Shown here: piece by piece, positions 7,747 to 16,213 of the stretch | How the letters are laid out: each line of letters starts with the position of its first letter | Numbering within the stretch: the stretch's first letter is position 1 | Assembly (NCBI GenBank): GCA_964370865.1 | Contig: CAYJKF010000006.1 | Coordinates: 1-47,452 of the forward strand | DNA length: 47,452 nucleotides | From: an uncultured Candidatus Saccharibacteria bacterium | GTDB taxonomy: Bacteria > Patescibacteriota > WWE3 > 2-01-FULL-39-13 | Direction: 5' to 3' | Program-made: the position numbers and the translations under genes | Notes under the pieces: generated by a model | Database searches by the model: none | What the model was told of the DNA's origin: nothing | The model's input: the letters and a program-made list of their open reading frames with translations, nothing else

Positions 7747-9465
7747 GTGATGCATAAAATATTTAAAGGATTAACAGTATTTGTTGCGATGGCTGGATTG
7801 TTAAGTCTTACAAATCCGACGTTCACTAACGCCCAGTCTAATACTGAACGAGTCGATGCATTTCATTCCGATATTATAATCGAAAAAGATTCCTCCATCC
7901 GAGTTACTGAAACCATCTTATACAACTTTGGGACTCAAGATAGGCATGGAATTTATAGAAACATTCCTTTTAAAACGAAAAACGTAAACGATGGAAAAAC
8001 TTATCTTGCTGATTTGAAAGTTCAAAATGTCACTGATCTTAACGGCAAGAAATATATTTATGAGGTAAGTAAGTCTGAAGGTGATGTAGTAATTAAAATA
8101 GGAGATCCTAATAGCACGGTTACAGGAAAGCATGCTTATGTAATTACATATTCGTATAAAGGCGCGATTGAGACGTTTGAAAACAAAGATGAACTATATT
8201 GGAATGTTACGGGAAACCAATGGAATGTTCCAATACAAAGTGTTACCGCAAAAATTACGCCCTCTGATGAATTAATTTCTAGTGGATTTAATTTAGAGGA
8301 AACTACGTGTTATACCGGAGTAAGAGGTTCACAAGCGAAGGATTGTATATTTTCACGAGATGGCAATTCTATTTCAGTCAAATCTAATCGAGCCTTTCAG
8401 CCATATGAAGGACTAACTTTTGCAGTAAATTTTCCAAATGGAATTTTATCCCTATATCAAATGAACGAAGATTTCACCTGGTGGTGGATAAGATTATTAT
8501 TGATCTATTTGGCTATAGTGAATGCTTTAGGATTGATTGCTATCCCTGTTATATGGAAGAAAAGTAGGCCAAAATTTGAGAATTTCGATTCTGTGATTGT
8601 TAGGATGTATGATCCTCCTAAAGATTCGGTTGGCGCTGAAATTTCACCCATGGAAGTTGGGGCATTAATGGATGGCTCAGTTGATCCAAAAGATATTAGT
8701 GCACAAATTATTTCACTCGCCATTAGAAAGTACGTAATTATCGAGGAGGTTAAAAAATCTAATATTTTCACTAAAAATAAAATTTTCTTCAAACGCGGTA
8801 AAGCATTTAATACAGACCCCGAACTTAAAAATATCAGTCAGCATGAAAGAGATTTGTTGAAAATAATTAAACTAACCCAACAAGAATCAGTCGAGCTTAG
8901 TGAACTCAGTACTATTTATAACAAAATTGCATTATTGAAAAACAACGTTCAGAAAGATTTAATTGAAAAAGGATTGTTTGATTCTCGTAGAAGTACGCGG
9001 ATTTTAAAGTATACAGGCTTCGCAGTCTTGTCACTGTTGGCGGGAAGTTTAACTATGTTCATCGGATTGCTAATAATTGGAATGCTTACGACTTGGTTAA
9101 CTCAAAAAGGGTTTGATGCTCATCGACATTCAAAGGGGTTGTACGAATTTATTTCTTCACAAGATCGTCAATTAGAGTTTCAAGAAAAAAATTATTACTT
9201 TTTTGAGAAATTATTGCCTTACGCGATTACTTTTGGAGTAGCTACAATTTGGGCCGAAAAGTTCAAAGATCTCCATGATATAAATCCAGACTGGTATGTC
9301 GGAGACTCCCATAATTTTACTAATGTCGGAATGCTAGTTGGTAGTTTGAATTCCAACCTTAATTCTATTCAGACTAACTACACTCCAAGTTCTTCTGGTA
9401 GTTCAGGATTTAGTGGCGGATCATCAGGTGGCGGTGGTGGTGGCGGCGGTGGAGGAAGCTGGTAG
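7747..9465 (+). CDS. DUF2207-family membrane protein
   Basis: Signal peptide, a large extracytoplasmic N-domain (HAYVITYSYKGA), internal TM helices, and the characteristic Gly-rich tail SSGSSGFSGGSSGGGGGGGGGGSW. Start is GTG 7747 or ATG 7750. Confidence 0.8.
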   Translation: MMHKIFKGLTVFVAMAGLLSLTNPTFTNAQSNTERVDAFHSDIIIEKDSSIRVTETILYNFGTQDRHGIYRNIPFKTKNVNDGKTYLADLKVQNVTDLNGKKYIYEVSKSEGDVVIKIGDPNSTVTGKHAYVITYSYKGAIETFENKDELYWNVTGNQWNVPIQSVTAKITPSDELISSGFNLEETTCYTGVRGSQAKDCIFSRDGNSISVKSNRAFQPYEGLTFAVNFPNGILSLYQMNEDFTWWWIRLLLIYLAIVNALGLIAIPVIWKKSRPKFENFDSVIVRMYDPPKDSVGAEISPMEVGALMDGSVDPKDISAQIISLAIRKYVIIEEVKKSNIFTKNKIFFKRGKAFNTDPELKNISQHERDLLKIIKLTQQESVELSELSTIYNKIALLKNNVQKDLIEKGLFDSRRSTRILKYTGFAVLSLLAGSLTMFIGLLIIGMLTTWLTQKGFDAHRHSKGLYEFISSQDRQLEFQEKNYYFFEKLLPYAITFGVATIWAEKFKDLHDINPDWYVGDSHNFTNVGMLVGSLNSNLNSIQTNYTPSSSGSSGFSGGSSGGGGGGGGGGSW

Positions 9466-10830
9466 TATTTCACTATCAGGTAAATTGCTAAAGTATTCTC
9501 GACTAATATATTCCCTTAAAATACTCAAATCGTGTTTAGATTTTGCACTGTTAAAATTATATTCGGTGATTTCTTTTAGTAGATTCGGATTTCCTAAAAT
9601 CCTAAGTAAATGGTCCGCGGCAGATAATAATTTCTCGTCACTAAAATTATAAAAACGATTTTCCTTATTCCATTTTTCATCCATACAAACATAGAAATAG
9701 CCGTCTTTCTTAATATCTTCCTTGAATACCTCATATTCGAAGAGAGCGATTAACTTATTAAAATAAACGGCTTCTAAGAATTGGTTTCCAAAACCTTCGA
9801 GAACAGAAGGATATGTTACTAAATCTGCAAAATAATAGGGATCCCAAAATGAATATATCTTTTTTCCATCATCACTAATATTCCTCGCAGGAGAAATTCT
9901 CTCAAAGGCATTTACTGTTTTAACATTCAATTTCTTTGCATACTCAACTAAGTCGGTAAAGTAAGTTTCAGAATCAATATGATGGGGGTAATTAGAAAAT
10001 ATTAAGACTGCTTTTGAGTCAGCTGTAATGGTTTTGCCATTAAATGTCTGACCTATATAATTTGGAAGTTTTTTATTAATATAAGCAGTTAATAATATGC
10101 TCATTTCTATGGCTTTTCGTGGGACTATTCGGGTTGCTTGCAGTACCACTAAATCATTCTTTTCTATTCCAAAGTGTTCCAAAAAGTCTGAATTATAATC
10201 ATCTATACCGGTTTTCTGATGATTAAAATCTAGGTAGTCTCCAAGTACAGTACTAGATATTTTATGAATTTCATATAATCGCTTTGATGCAATTGTGTTA
10301 ATTACTTCGTGTCTGACTTCGCTCGGTGTAGGGAATGTATTTTCTAAAATTTTTGGTAAATCTGCATTAGAGGAATTTGTAAAATAGTCCCGTTCAAAAT
10401 AAAAATCATGGTTAACACAAATTGTCCTAACATTAAATTTCTCTATTGTATTTTTAAGGGCATAAGCACTCCATATTAATAATGGAAGACTAAAGATGTT
10501 GTGAACAATTACTAAATCGAATTTTTCTGATTCAAATATATTATTAAGTTCGTTCTCAACTAGCCCTTTTCGTTCATTAAAGATTTTTTGGAATGGGATT
10601 TGCTCGATCTTTTCATCCTTAATTGTCTGGTTAATGAGTGTCCTGTTTATCTGGTCATCGATGTCAAAGTCCTTAAGAGCATAATATTTTTGTGGAATTG
10701 GTTTATCAAATTTTCCTCCAACAACTACAACCGTATGGCCAAGTGATTCAAGGATATTTATACGTTTTTCAATCTCAAGGCTAACCCCGTCTGTACTAGC
10801 AATCTTATAATGAAAAATACCAATCTTCAT
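9424..10830 (-). CDS. glycosyltransferase, GT-B fold (GT4-like)
   Basis: N-terminus MKIGIFHYKIASTDGVSLEIEKRINILESLGHTVVVVGG and a C-terminal ...YPSVLEGFGNQFLEA (E-x7-E-like) region. The 3' end overlaps the DUF2207 gene by 42 nt. Confidence 0.7.
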   Translation of the reverse strand: MKIGIFHYKIASTDGVSLEIEKRINILESLGHTVVVVGGKFDKPIPQKYYALKDFDIDDQINRTLINQTIKDEKIEQIPFQKIFNERKGLVENELNNIFESEKFDLVIVHNIFSLPLLIWSAYALKNTIEKFNVRTICVNHDFYFERDYFTNSSNADLPKILENTFPTPSEVRHEVINTIASKRLYEIHKISSTVLGDYLDFNHQKTGIDDYNSDFLEHFGIEKNDLVVLQATRIVPRKAIEMSILLTAYINKKLPNYIGQTFNGKTITADSKAVLIFSNYPHHIDSETYFTDLVEYAKKLNVKTVNAFERISPARNISDDGKKIYSFWDPYYFADLVTYPSVLEGFGNQFLEAVYFNKLIALFEYEVFKEDIKKDGYFYVCMDEKWNKENRFYNFSDEKLLSAADHLLRILGNPNLLKEITEYNFNSAKSKHDLSILREYISREYFSNLPDSEILPASSTAATTTAT

Positions 10831-10874
10831 AAATATAGTAAAATACTCAATAACAATTAATTTATAGCTTAATC

Positions 10875-11189
10875 ATGACACAAAAAATAAAAGATTTCGT
10901 GGACTTTATTCGAACCCAAGGTGTTGTTGGGTTAGCAATTGGATTTATTCTTGGAGATAAAGTAAAAAATGTAGTTACTTCACTCGTAAATGATATTATT
11001 ACTCCGTTTTTAGGCCTAATATTGGGATCTGGGGGATCATTTAAGGATTTAAGTTTTTCATTGGGAGCTGTAACTGTTACCTATGGCAATTTTCTCTCCA
11101 CGTTATTGGACTTTATCATTGTAGCTGCTGTTGTTTATTACATAATTAAAGGAATAGGTTTAGATAAGTTGGATAAACCAAAAGAATAA
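10875..11189 (+). CDS. mscL: large-conductance mechanosensitive channel
   Basis: FIRTQGVVGLAIGFILGDKVKNVVTSLVNDIITPFLG followed by a second TM helix. Short (104 aa). Confidence 0.85.
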   Translation: MTQKIKDFVDFIRTQGVVGLAIGFILGDKVKNVVTSLVNDIITPFLGLILGSGGSFKDLSFSLGAVTVTYGNFLSTLLDFIIVAAVVYYIIKGIGLDKLDKPKE

Positions 11190-11518
11190 TGGAAATAATA
11201 AACTACGACGAATTTAAAAAACTTGATATGCGAATTGGCATAATTAAAACTGCCGAAAAAAAAGAAGGCTCTGACAAACTTTTGGTTTTAAATATTGAAA
11301 TAGGTGAAGAGACCAGACAGATACTTTCTGGAATCGCGAAATTTTATTCACCAGAGGATTTGATTGGCAAAAGAGTTTTAGTCTTATGTAATCTAGCGCC
11401 AAGAATGATTATGGGATTAGAAAGTCAAGGAATGTTGCTCTGCGCAGTCGATAAAGAAGACAATGTGGCCTTACTTAATCCTGATAAAGAATTTCCTTCC
11501 GGCACAATTATTACCTAA
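11189..11518 (+). CDS. tRNA-binding domain protein (Trbp111/CsaA/MetRS C-terminal-like)
   Basis: KLDMRIGIIKTAEKKEGSDKLLVLNIEIGEE...RQILSGIAKFY...LIGKRVLVLCNLAPRMIMGLESQGMLLCA. Confidence 0.85.
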   Translation: MEIINYDEFKKLDMRIGIIKTAEKKEGSDKLLVLNIEIGEETRQILSGIAKFYSPEDLIGKRVLVLCNLAPRMIMGLESQGMLLCAVDKEDNVALLNPDKEFPSGTIIT

Positions 11519-11525
11519 AGCATAA

Positions 11526-11975
11526 ATGAAAAGATTTTTCTTAAAGATTTTTTATAACTTAGCAATTATTTATTGGAATATTTTTAAACCAACAACAGTT
11601 GGGGTTAGGGTTGTTGTTGAAAACGATGGTAAGGTTCTATTAGTAAAACCTTCTTATTCTCTTTGGTATTACTTTCCTGGTGGAGGAGTAGACAACAATA
11701 AAGAATCTTTGGAAGAAGCTGCATTAAGGGAACTAAAGGAGGAAACAAATTTAAAAGGTAAAAATCTTCAGCTTTTTGATGTTCACAGAAATTTTATTCA
11801 TAACAAAAGGGATACAGTTATTACATATAAAGCCGAAATTGATAATCCCGATGAGATAAAGATTGATCAAGTGGAGATAATTGATTATGGATGGTTTTAT
11901 CCTGAAGCGTTGCCAAGCAATACTCACGAGTTAACTAAGAGAGCTTTAAAAATACTTTATAACCAAGTAAAATAG
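11526..11975 (+). CDS. NUDIX hydrolase
   Basis: Nudix box GGGVDNNKESLEEAALRELKEETNL. Confidence 0.8.
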   Translation: MKRFFLKIFYNLAIIYWNIFKPTTVGVRVVVENDGKVLLVKPSYSLWYYFPGGGVDNNKESLEEAALRELKEETNLKGKNLQLFDVHRNFIHNKRDTVITYKAEIDNPDEIKIDQVEIIDYGWFYPEALPSNTHELTKRALKILYNQVK

Positions 11976-11981
11976 AACACT

Positions 11982-13262
11982 ATGATGCAAGCCACTCAGC
12001 GTAAAACTGATGTAGGGCAGCTAGCTGATAAACCTTTGGAGGCTACTCCCAAATATTATTTTATACAAACCTTTGGATGTCAGGCGAATGTTCGTGATAG
12101 CCAAGTTATGGCTGGAACTTTAGATGCTATTGGTTTTATACAAACTCAAGATCATAAAATAGCAGATGTTTTAATAATTAATACATGCTCAGTACGTCAA
12201 AAGTCAGAAGACAAGGTCTATGGATGGGGAATTAAATTAGGTGTCGGACTATCTTCGCGAAATTGGTATACAAAGCGTGAGGAACAAGTTGTTTTTGTAA
12301 CTGGATGTATGGTTGGAAGTGCAAAAGGAGATCGTACTAGAGTGAGCCTAGAAAAGTTACAGGAAAAACTTTCTTGGGCTGATTATTTACTTGCTCCAAA
12401 TGAAGAAATTCAAATCCCCTCAATTTTGGTTAAAGAGGGATTAATTGATGAATGGGCGGCGAAAGCAATTGGAAAGGAAGTTGTAAGTAACACAGCAGGT
12501 TCTTCTAGTCTTACAGCCGATCCCAATATGCATAATGAGACCGATTGGGCATATATAAACATTTCAACTGGATGTGATAATTTTTGTACATTTTGTGTTG
12601 TTCCGTATGCAAGAGGTGAGGAAAAAAGCAGAACTAAAGATGAAATTCTATATGAAGTTAAACATTTAGCCTCGCGTGGTTTTAAAAATATAATGTTGGT
12701 TGGACAAAATGTTAATTCTTGGGGACTTGATAGAGAAACTAAATTTAAATTAAGAGCTGGTTCTGAACATAAAATTCCATTTGCCGATTTATTAAGATCA
12801 ATACATGAAATTGATGAAGTGAAGAAAATAAACTTTATATCTTCAAATCCCTTTGATTTTACAAAAGATTTAATTGAGACTTTGGTGTTGCCTAAGATAA
12901 CAAGGTATCTTCACTTCGCGGTTCAAAGCGGAAACAACGATGTTCTTCAAAAAATGAATCGAAGACACACTATCGAGGATTTTAAAAGTTTGATTAGTGA
13001 AATTAAGAGTCGAGTTCCTGATATGGAATTTGGAACAGATATTATTGTCGGGTTTCCTGGTGAAACAGAGGAACAATTTATGGATACTGTGAAACTTTTT
13101 GAAGAACTTCCATTTAAAAATGCATATATTTCTATTTACTCTTCTCGTGAGGGAACAAGTGCCCAAAAGTTTATGAAAGATGATGTATCGATTAAAGAAA
13201 AGAAACGTCGCCATGCTTATTTAATGGATGTATGGACAAGTCGAAATCCTATTTCTTCTTAG
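11982..13262 (+). CDS. miaB: MiaB-family radical-SAM methylthiotransferase, apparently lacking the C-terminal TRAM domain
   Basis: N-terminal cluster region FIQTFGCQANVRDS...INTCSVR...TGCM, and radical-SAM CDNFCTFCVVPYARGEE. The protein ends shortly after the radical-SAM domain. Confidence 0.8.
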   Translation: MMQATQRKTDVGQLADKPLEATPKYYFIQTFGCQANVRDSQVMAGTLDAIGFIQTQDHKIADVLIINTCSVRQKSEDKVYGWGIKLGVGLSSRNWYTKREEQVVFVTGCMVGSAKGDRTRVSLEKLQEKLSWADYLLAPNEEIQIPSILVKEGLIDEWAAKAIGKEVVSNTAGSSSLTADPNMHNETDWAYINISTGCDNFCTFCVVPYARGEEKSRTKDEILYEVKHLASRGFKNIMLVGQNVNSWGLDRETKFKLRAGSEHKIPFADLLRSIHEIDEVKKINFISSNPFDFTKDLIETLVLPKITRYLHFAVQSGNNDVLQKMNRRHTIEDFKSLISEIKSRVPDMEFGTDIIVGFPGETEEQFMDTVKLFEELPFKNAYISIYSSREGTSAQKFMKDDVSIKEKKRRHAYLMDVWTSRNPISS

Positions 13263-14208
13263 AAATCTTTGCCATAAAAAATCCAGTGTAGAATTCGTTT
13301 GGAATAATTCGCACAGAATTTCTAATTGATTGATCAAATTTTTCTCCCATATAAGAAGTAAGTCCTGAAAATGTACTTCTAAGCGGCATATCAATCTTTT
13401 CGATTTTAGCTTCGCTGCCAAGTTTCTCAAGGAACCACTGTAATACCATTTCATTTTCCTCAACTCCAAACGTGCAGGTGGAGTAAAGAAGAATTCCACC
13501 TTTCTTTAACATTCTAAATCCACTAATCAAAAGCCCTTTTTGGATTTTAGACATTTCTTTTCTTTTAAAAATATTCCAATATTTGTAAGATTTTTTGTCG
13601 TTTAAATTAAAACGTCCTTCACTTGAACAAGGAGCATCAACAAGAACTTTGTCAAAATACTCAACATATTGTGGAAATTTTTTATCAAATCTAATTCCAT
13701 CGGCGTGAATTACGTTTACGGATTTAGAATTTTGCATTTCTAAATTATGTTTTAAAGTTAGAATTCTAAGTGGATGTTTTTCTATTGCTGTAATTTCAGC
13801 TTCATTATTTGCGAGGGCTGCAATTTGTGTAGTCTTGCTACCAGGAGCGGCTGACATATCTAGAATCTTTTCTCCAGGTTTTGGATCTAAAATCAAAGGA
13901 GGTATCATACTGGAAAATTCTTGTACGTAAATTTGGCCGGTTTTAAATGGTTCAGTATCAGAAATGTATACCTTATTCTTATTCTCTTTTATGTAAAAAG
14001 TATTGGGAAAGTCTCCCCTTGAGATTATATAGCCTAGCTTCTCTAGCTCTACGATGCTTAAATGGGGTCCGCTCTGCAAAGAGGTCGGGTTAATTCTAAA
14101 GGTCGTAGGTTTTGCTGATTTTAAGCCCTGAATTACTGGGGTAGATTTGTCTTTATATATTCCTTTTATATTATCGAGGAACTCATCGATTTTAGGCCCT
14201 TTTTGCAT
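13249..14208 (-). CDS. RsmB/NOL1/NOP2/Sun-family RNA m5C methyltransferase
   Basis: DMSAAPGSKTTQIA (SAM site), VLVDAPCSSEGRF (motif IV Cys), LLYSTCTF (motif VI Cys). Overlaps the miaB 3' end by 14 nt. Confidence 0.85.
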   Translation of the reverse strand: MQKGPKIDEFLDNIKGIYKDKSTPVIQGLKSAKPTTFRINPTSLQSGPHLSIVELEKLGYIISRGDFPNTFYIKENKNKVYISDTEPFKTGQIYVQEFSSMIPPLILDPKPGEKILDMSAAPGSKTTQIAALANNEAEITAIEKHPLRILTLKHNLEMQNSKSVNVIHADGIRFDKKFPQYVEYFDKVLVDAPCSSEGRFNLNDKKSYKYWNIFKRKEMSKIQKGLLISGFRMLKKGGILLYSTCTFGVEENEMVLQWFLEKLGSEAKIEKIDMPLRSTFSGLTSYMGEKFDQSIRNSVRIIPNEFYTGFFMAKISKKK

Positions 14209-14231
14209 AGTTATTATTATAGTATATCGAA

Positions 14232-14257
14232 GGTCCGACCTTGAAAGAGGTCGGACC
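14232..14257. promoter_or_regulatory. GC-rich perfect hairpin/palindrome (GGTCCGACC-N8-GGTCGGACC) in the divergent rsmB-like/miaA intergenic region
   Basis: Arms at 14232-14240 and 14249-14257 are exact reverse complements. It sits just upstream of the miaA TATAAT (14261-14266). Confidence 0.6.
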
Positions 14258-14272
14258 CTATATAATAGAAAT

Positions 14273-15202
14273 ATGATAATTATTGGTGGACCAACTAACT
14301 CTGGAAAGACCGGACTTGCGATAAAAATTGCAAAGAAAGTGGATGGTGAAGTAATATCAGTTGATTCAAGACAAATATATAAAAAGATGGATATTGGAAC
14401 CGGGAAGATTCCTATAGGTTCGAATGCGCAAATTGTAAAAAATGAAAATTATTGGATTATTGATGGCGTTAAAGTTTGGGGATTTGATTTAATTAATTCA
14501 GATGAAATTTATTCAGCTGCAGATTTTTTCAATTACTATTCGAAGGTTCGGGGGGATATTGAATCGAGGGGTAAGCAAGTAATTCTTGCAGGTGGAACTG
14601 GTTTTTACATTGATACAGTTTTGAGAAATGGGGTTAGCTCAACGGTTAAAGTGAATCATACATTGAGACAAAAGTTAAATAAGTTATCGGTGGAGGAATT
14701 ACTCGCGCGACTGCCTTCGGCAGTCGCGCAATCTCTCAATCCCAGCGAGCGTAAAAATAAACAACGGTTAATACGAAAAGTAGAGATATATACGGAGCTC
14801 GGTCACATGCCATCAGAAAATGTTATAGAGAAAACTGATAATCTATTTATTATTCTAGATTCCGATAAAAAAATATTGTATGAAAAAATCGATTTATGGG
14901 TTGAAACAATTTGGAATCCCCTTATTCAAGAAACCAGACAACTATTAGAAGATGGTTACACGACCTCACCACAGCTACGCGCGATTATTTATAGAACTGC
15001 AGTAGATTTCGTACAAGGAAAGGTTGAGGAGAGCTTAGCAAAAGAGCAAATTGAATATGACTTGCATGCCTATATTCGAAGACAAATAACTTGGTTTAAG
15101 AAATATAAAGGGATAGCTGATTTTGTTGATATTTCGGACAAAATCTTTGACAAAGAGATAACATTGCTAGTAAAATCTTACGTAAATAACAATGGAAAAT
15201 AA
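14273..15202 (+). CDS. miaA: tRNA dimethylallyltransferase
   Basis: P-loop IIIGGPTNSGKTGLAIKIAKK, SVDSRQIYKKMDIGTGK, ILAGGTGFY. I start at ATG 14273, because the track start 14147 overlaps the divergent gene. Confidence 0.9.
   Translation: MIIIGGPTNSGKTGLAIKIAKKVDGEVISVDSRQIYKKMDIGTGKIPIGSNAQIVKNENYWIIDGVKVWGFDLINSDEIYSAADFFNYYSKVRGDIESRGKQVILAGGTGFYIDTVLRNGVSSTVKVNHTLRQKLNKLSVEELLARLPSAVAQSLNPSERKNKQRLIRKVEIYTELGHMPSENVIEKTDNLFIILDSDKKILYEKIDLWVETIWNPLIQETRQLLEDGYTTSPQLRAIIYRTAVDFVQGKVEESLAKEQIEYDLHAYIRRQITWFKKYKGIADFVDISDKIFDKEITLLVKSYVNNNGK
14705..14729. repeat. perfect 11-bp GC-rich hairpin (GCGCGACTGCC-TTC-GGCAGTCGCGC) inside miaA
   Basis: Exact reverse-complement arms at 14705-14715 and 14719-14729. 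Nine of the 11 pairs are G:C. Confidence 0.9.
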
Positions 15203-16190
15203 AACGTTTGAAATCACAACCAAGACTTTGCTTATTTTTGGTGCGACAGTTTTAGGTTTGATTTTTGGACTTTGGGTAATTTTCTTAATTTGGGATGTTA
15301 TTTTATATCTATTTATTGCACTTATCTTAACTCTTGCTCTTGAACCTTTTGTAGAACTTTTAACTAGGAAACGAGTCCCAAGAATGGTATCTGTTTTAAT
15401 TGTTGTAGGTTTATTTCTTGTCTCGATTCTTTCATTGGCTTCTTTAGCAATAGTTCCTTTTGTATATGAAACGCAGGCACTAATCAGAACATTTCCAACA
15501 TACTTAGAGCACACTTTTCAAATACCAAGTTTTCAGAACTATATGGCTGAATATTCAGACCAGTTTGTTTCACAGTTGTCACAAACCACAGGGTCGGTTT
15601 TTAATGCTACAGTAGCAGCATTTTCAGGAGTGATAGCAATCGTTACCATATTGGTTTTCTTGATATATCTGTTGATAGATTTCCGAGGTATACGAAAGAT
15701 GTTCTTTAAATTATTCCCAGAAGAAATTAGGGGAGAGATTCAAGATGTGATTACTGTAATTGAAACTAAATTAGGAGACTGGTTGAGAGGACAGCTAACA
15801 TTAATGGTTTTGATTGGGGTTGTAACTTATATCGGTTTAGTGATTATTGGAGTTCCGTATCCAGTAGCACTAGCGGTTCTTGCTGGTCTATTTGAAATAG
15901 TTCCATTTATTGGTCCTACGATAGCCGCTATCCCAGCTGTCATTATTGCTTTTGCAGTTTCCCCATTAATGGGATTGGCTACATTAATTTTTTACATCTT
16001 AGTACAGCAAGCCGAAAATGCAATAATAGTTCCTAAAATTATGCAAAAAGCTGTCGGATTTAATCCATTAGTTACAATAATTGTTCTGATGGTTGGCGGA
16101 GAAATCCTTGGAATTATTGGTGTGATAATATCCGTTCCAATCTCAATAATCGTGGTTGAGATATTCAAATATCTTGTTAAGAAATCCTAG
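15192..16190 (+). CDS. AI-2E family transporter (PerM/UPF0118)
   Basis: Polytopic membrane protein with the typical central soluble insert and the C-terminal LFEIVPFIGPTIAAIPAV...QQAENAIIVPKIM pattern. Confidence 0.85.
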   Translation: MENKTFEITTKTLLIFGATVLGLIFGLWVIFLIWDVILYLFIALILTLALEPFVELLTRKRVPRMVSVLIVVGLFLVSILSLASLAIVPFVYETQALIRTFPTYLEHTFQIPSFQNYMAEYSDQFVSQLSQTTGSVFNATVAAFSGVIAIVTILVFLIYLLIDFRGIRKMFFKLFPEEIRGEIQDVITVIETKLGDWLRGQLTLMVLIGVVTYIGLVIIGVPYPVALAVLAGLFEIVPFIGPTIAAIPAVIIAFAVSPLMGLATLIFYILVQQAENAIIVPKIMQKAVGFNPLVTIIVLMVGGEILGIIGVIISVPISIIVVEIFKYLVKKS

Positions 16191-16213
16191 TTAGTAGATT
16201 AGGATCTTAATTA

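Noticed and set aside
9419-9455. The GC-rich GGT/GGC run (poly-Gly tail of DUF2207) as a slippage-prone simple repeat or phase-variation tract
   Set aside because: The tract mixes GGT, GGC and GGA codons rather than forming a homopolymer or perfect short tandem repeat. A Gly-rich tail is the normal C-terminus of DUF2207 proteins.
14066-14091. A degenerate second copy of the 14232-14257 palindrome inside the rsmB-like gene (GGTCCGCTCTGCAAAGAGGTCGGG, 19 of 26 identical), and a third AAAGAGGTCGG 11-mer at about 43638
   Set aside because: My rough estimate is that identical 11-mers occur by chance hundreds of times as pairs in 47 kb. The 19/26 match is not beyond what a search of this size produces. 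The inner copy also pairs only through wobble positions.
14147-14272. The long N-terminal extensions of miaA (14147), tgt (43347), the 7826 start of the 7017 gene and the 43528 start of the 43001 gene
   Set aside because: Each extension overlaps the divergent neighbour and precedes the conserved N-terminus (the P-loop of MiaA, or MQKIIKVKG... of Tgt). Internal ATGs preceded by -10-like hexamers remove the overlaps.
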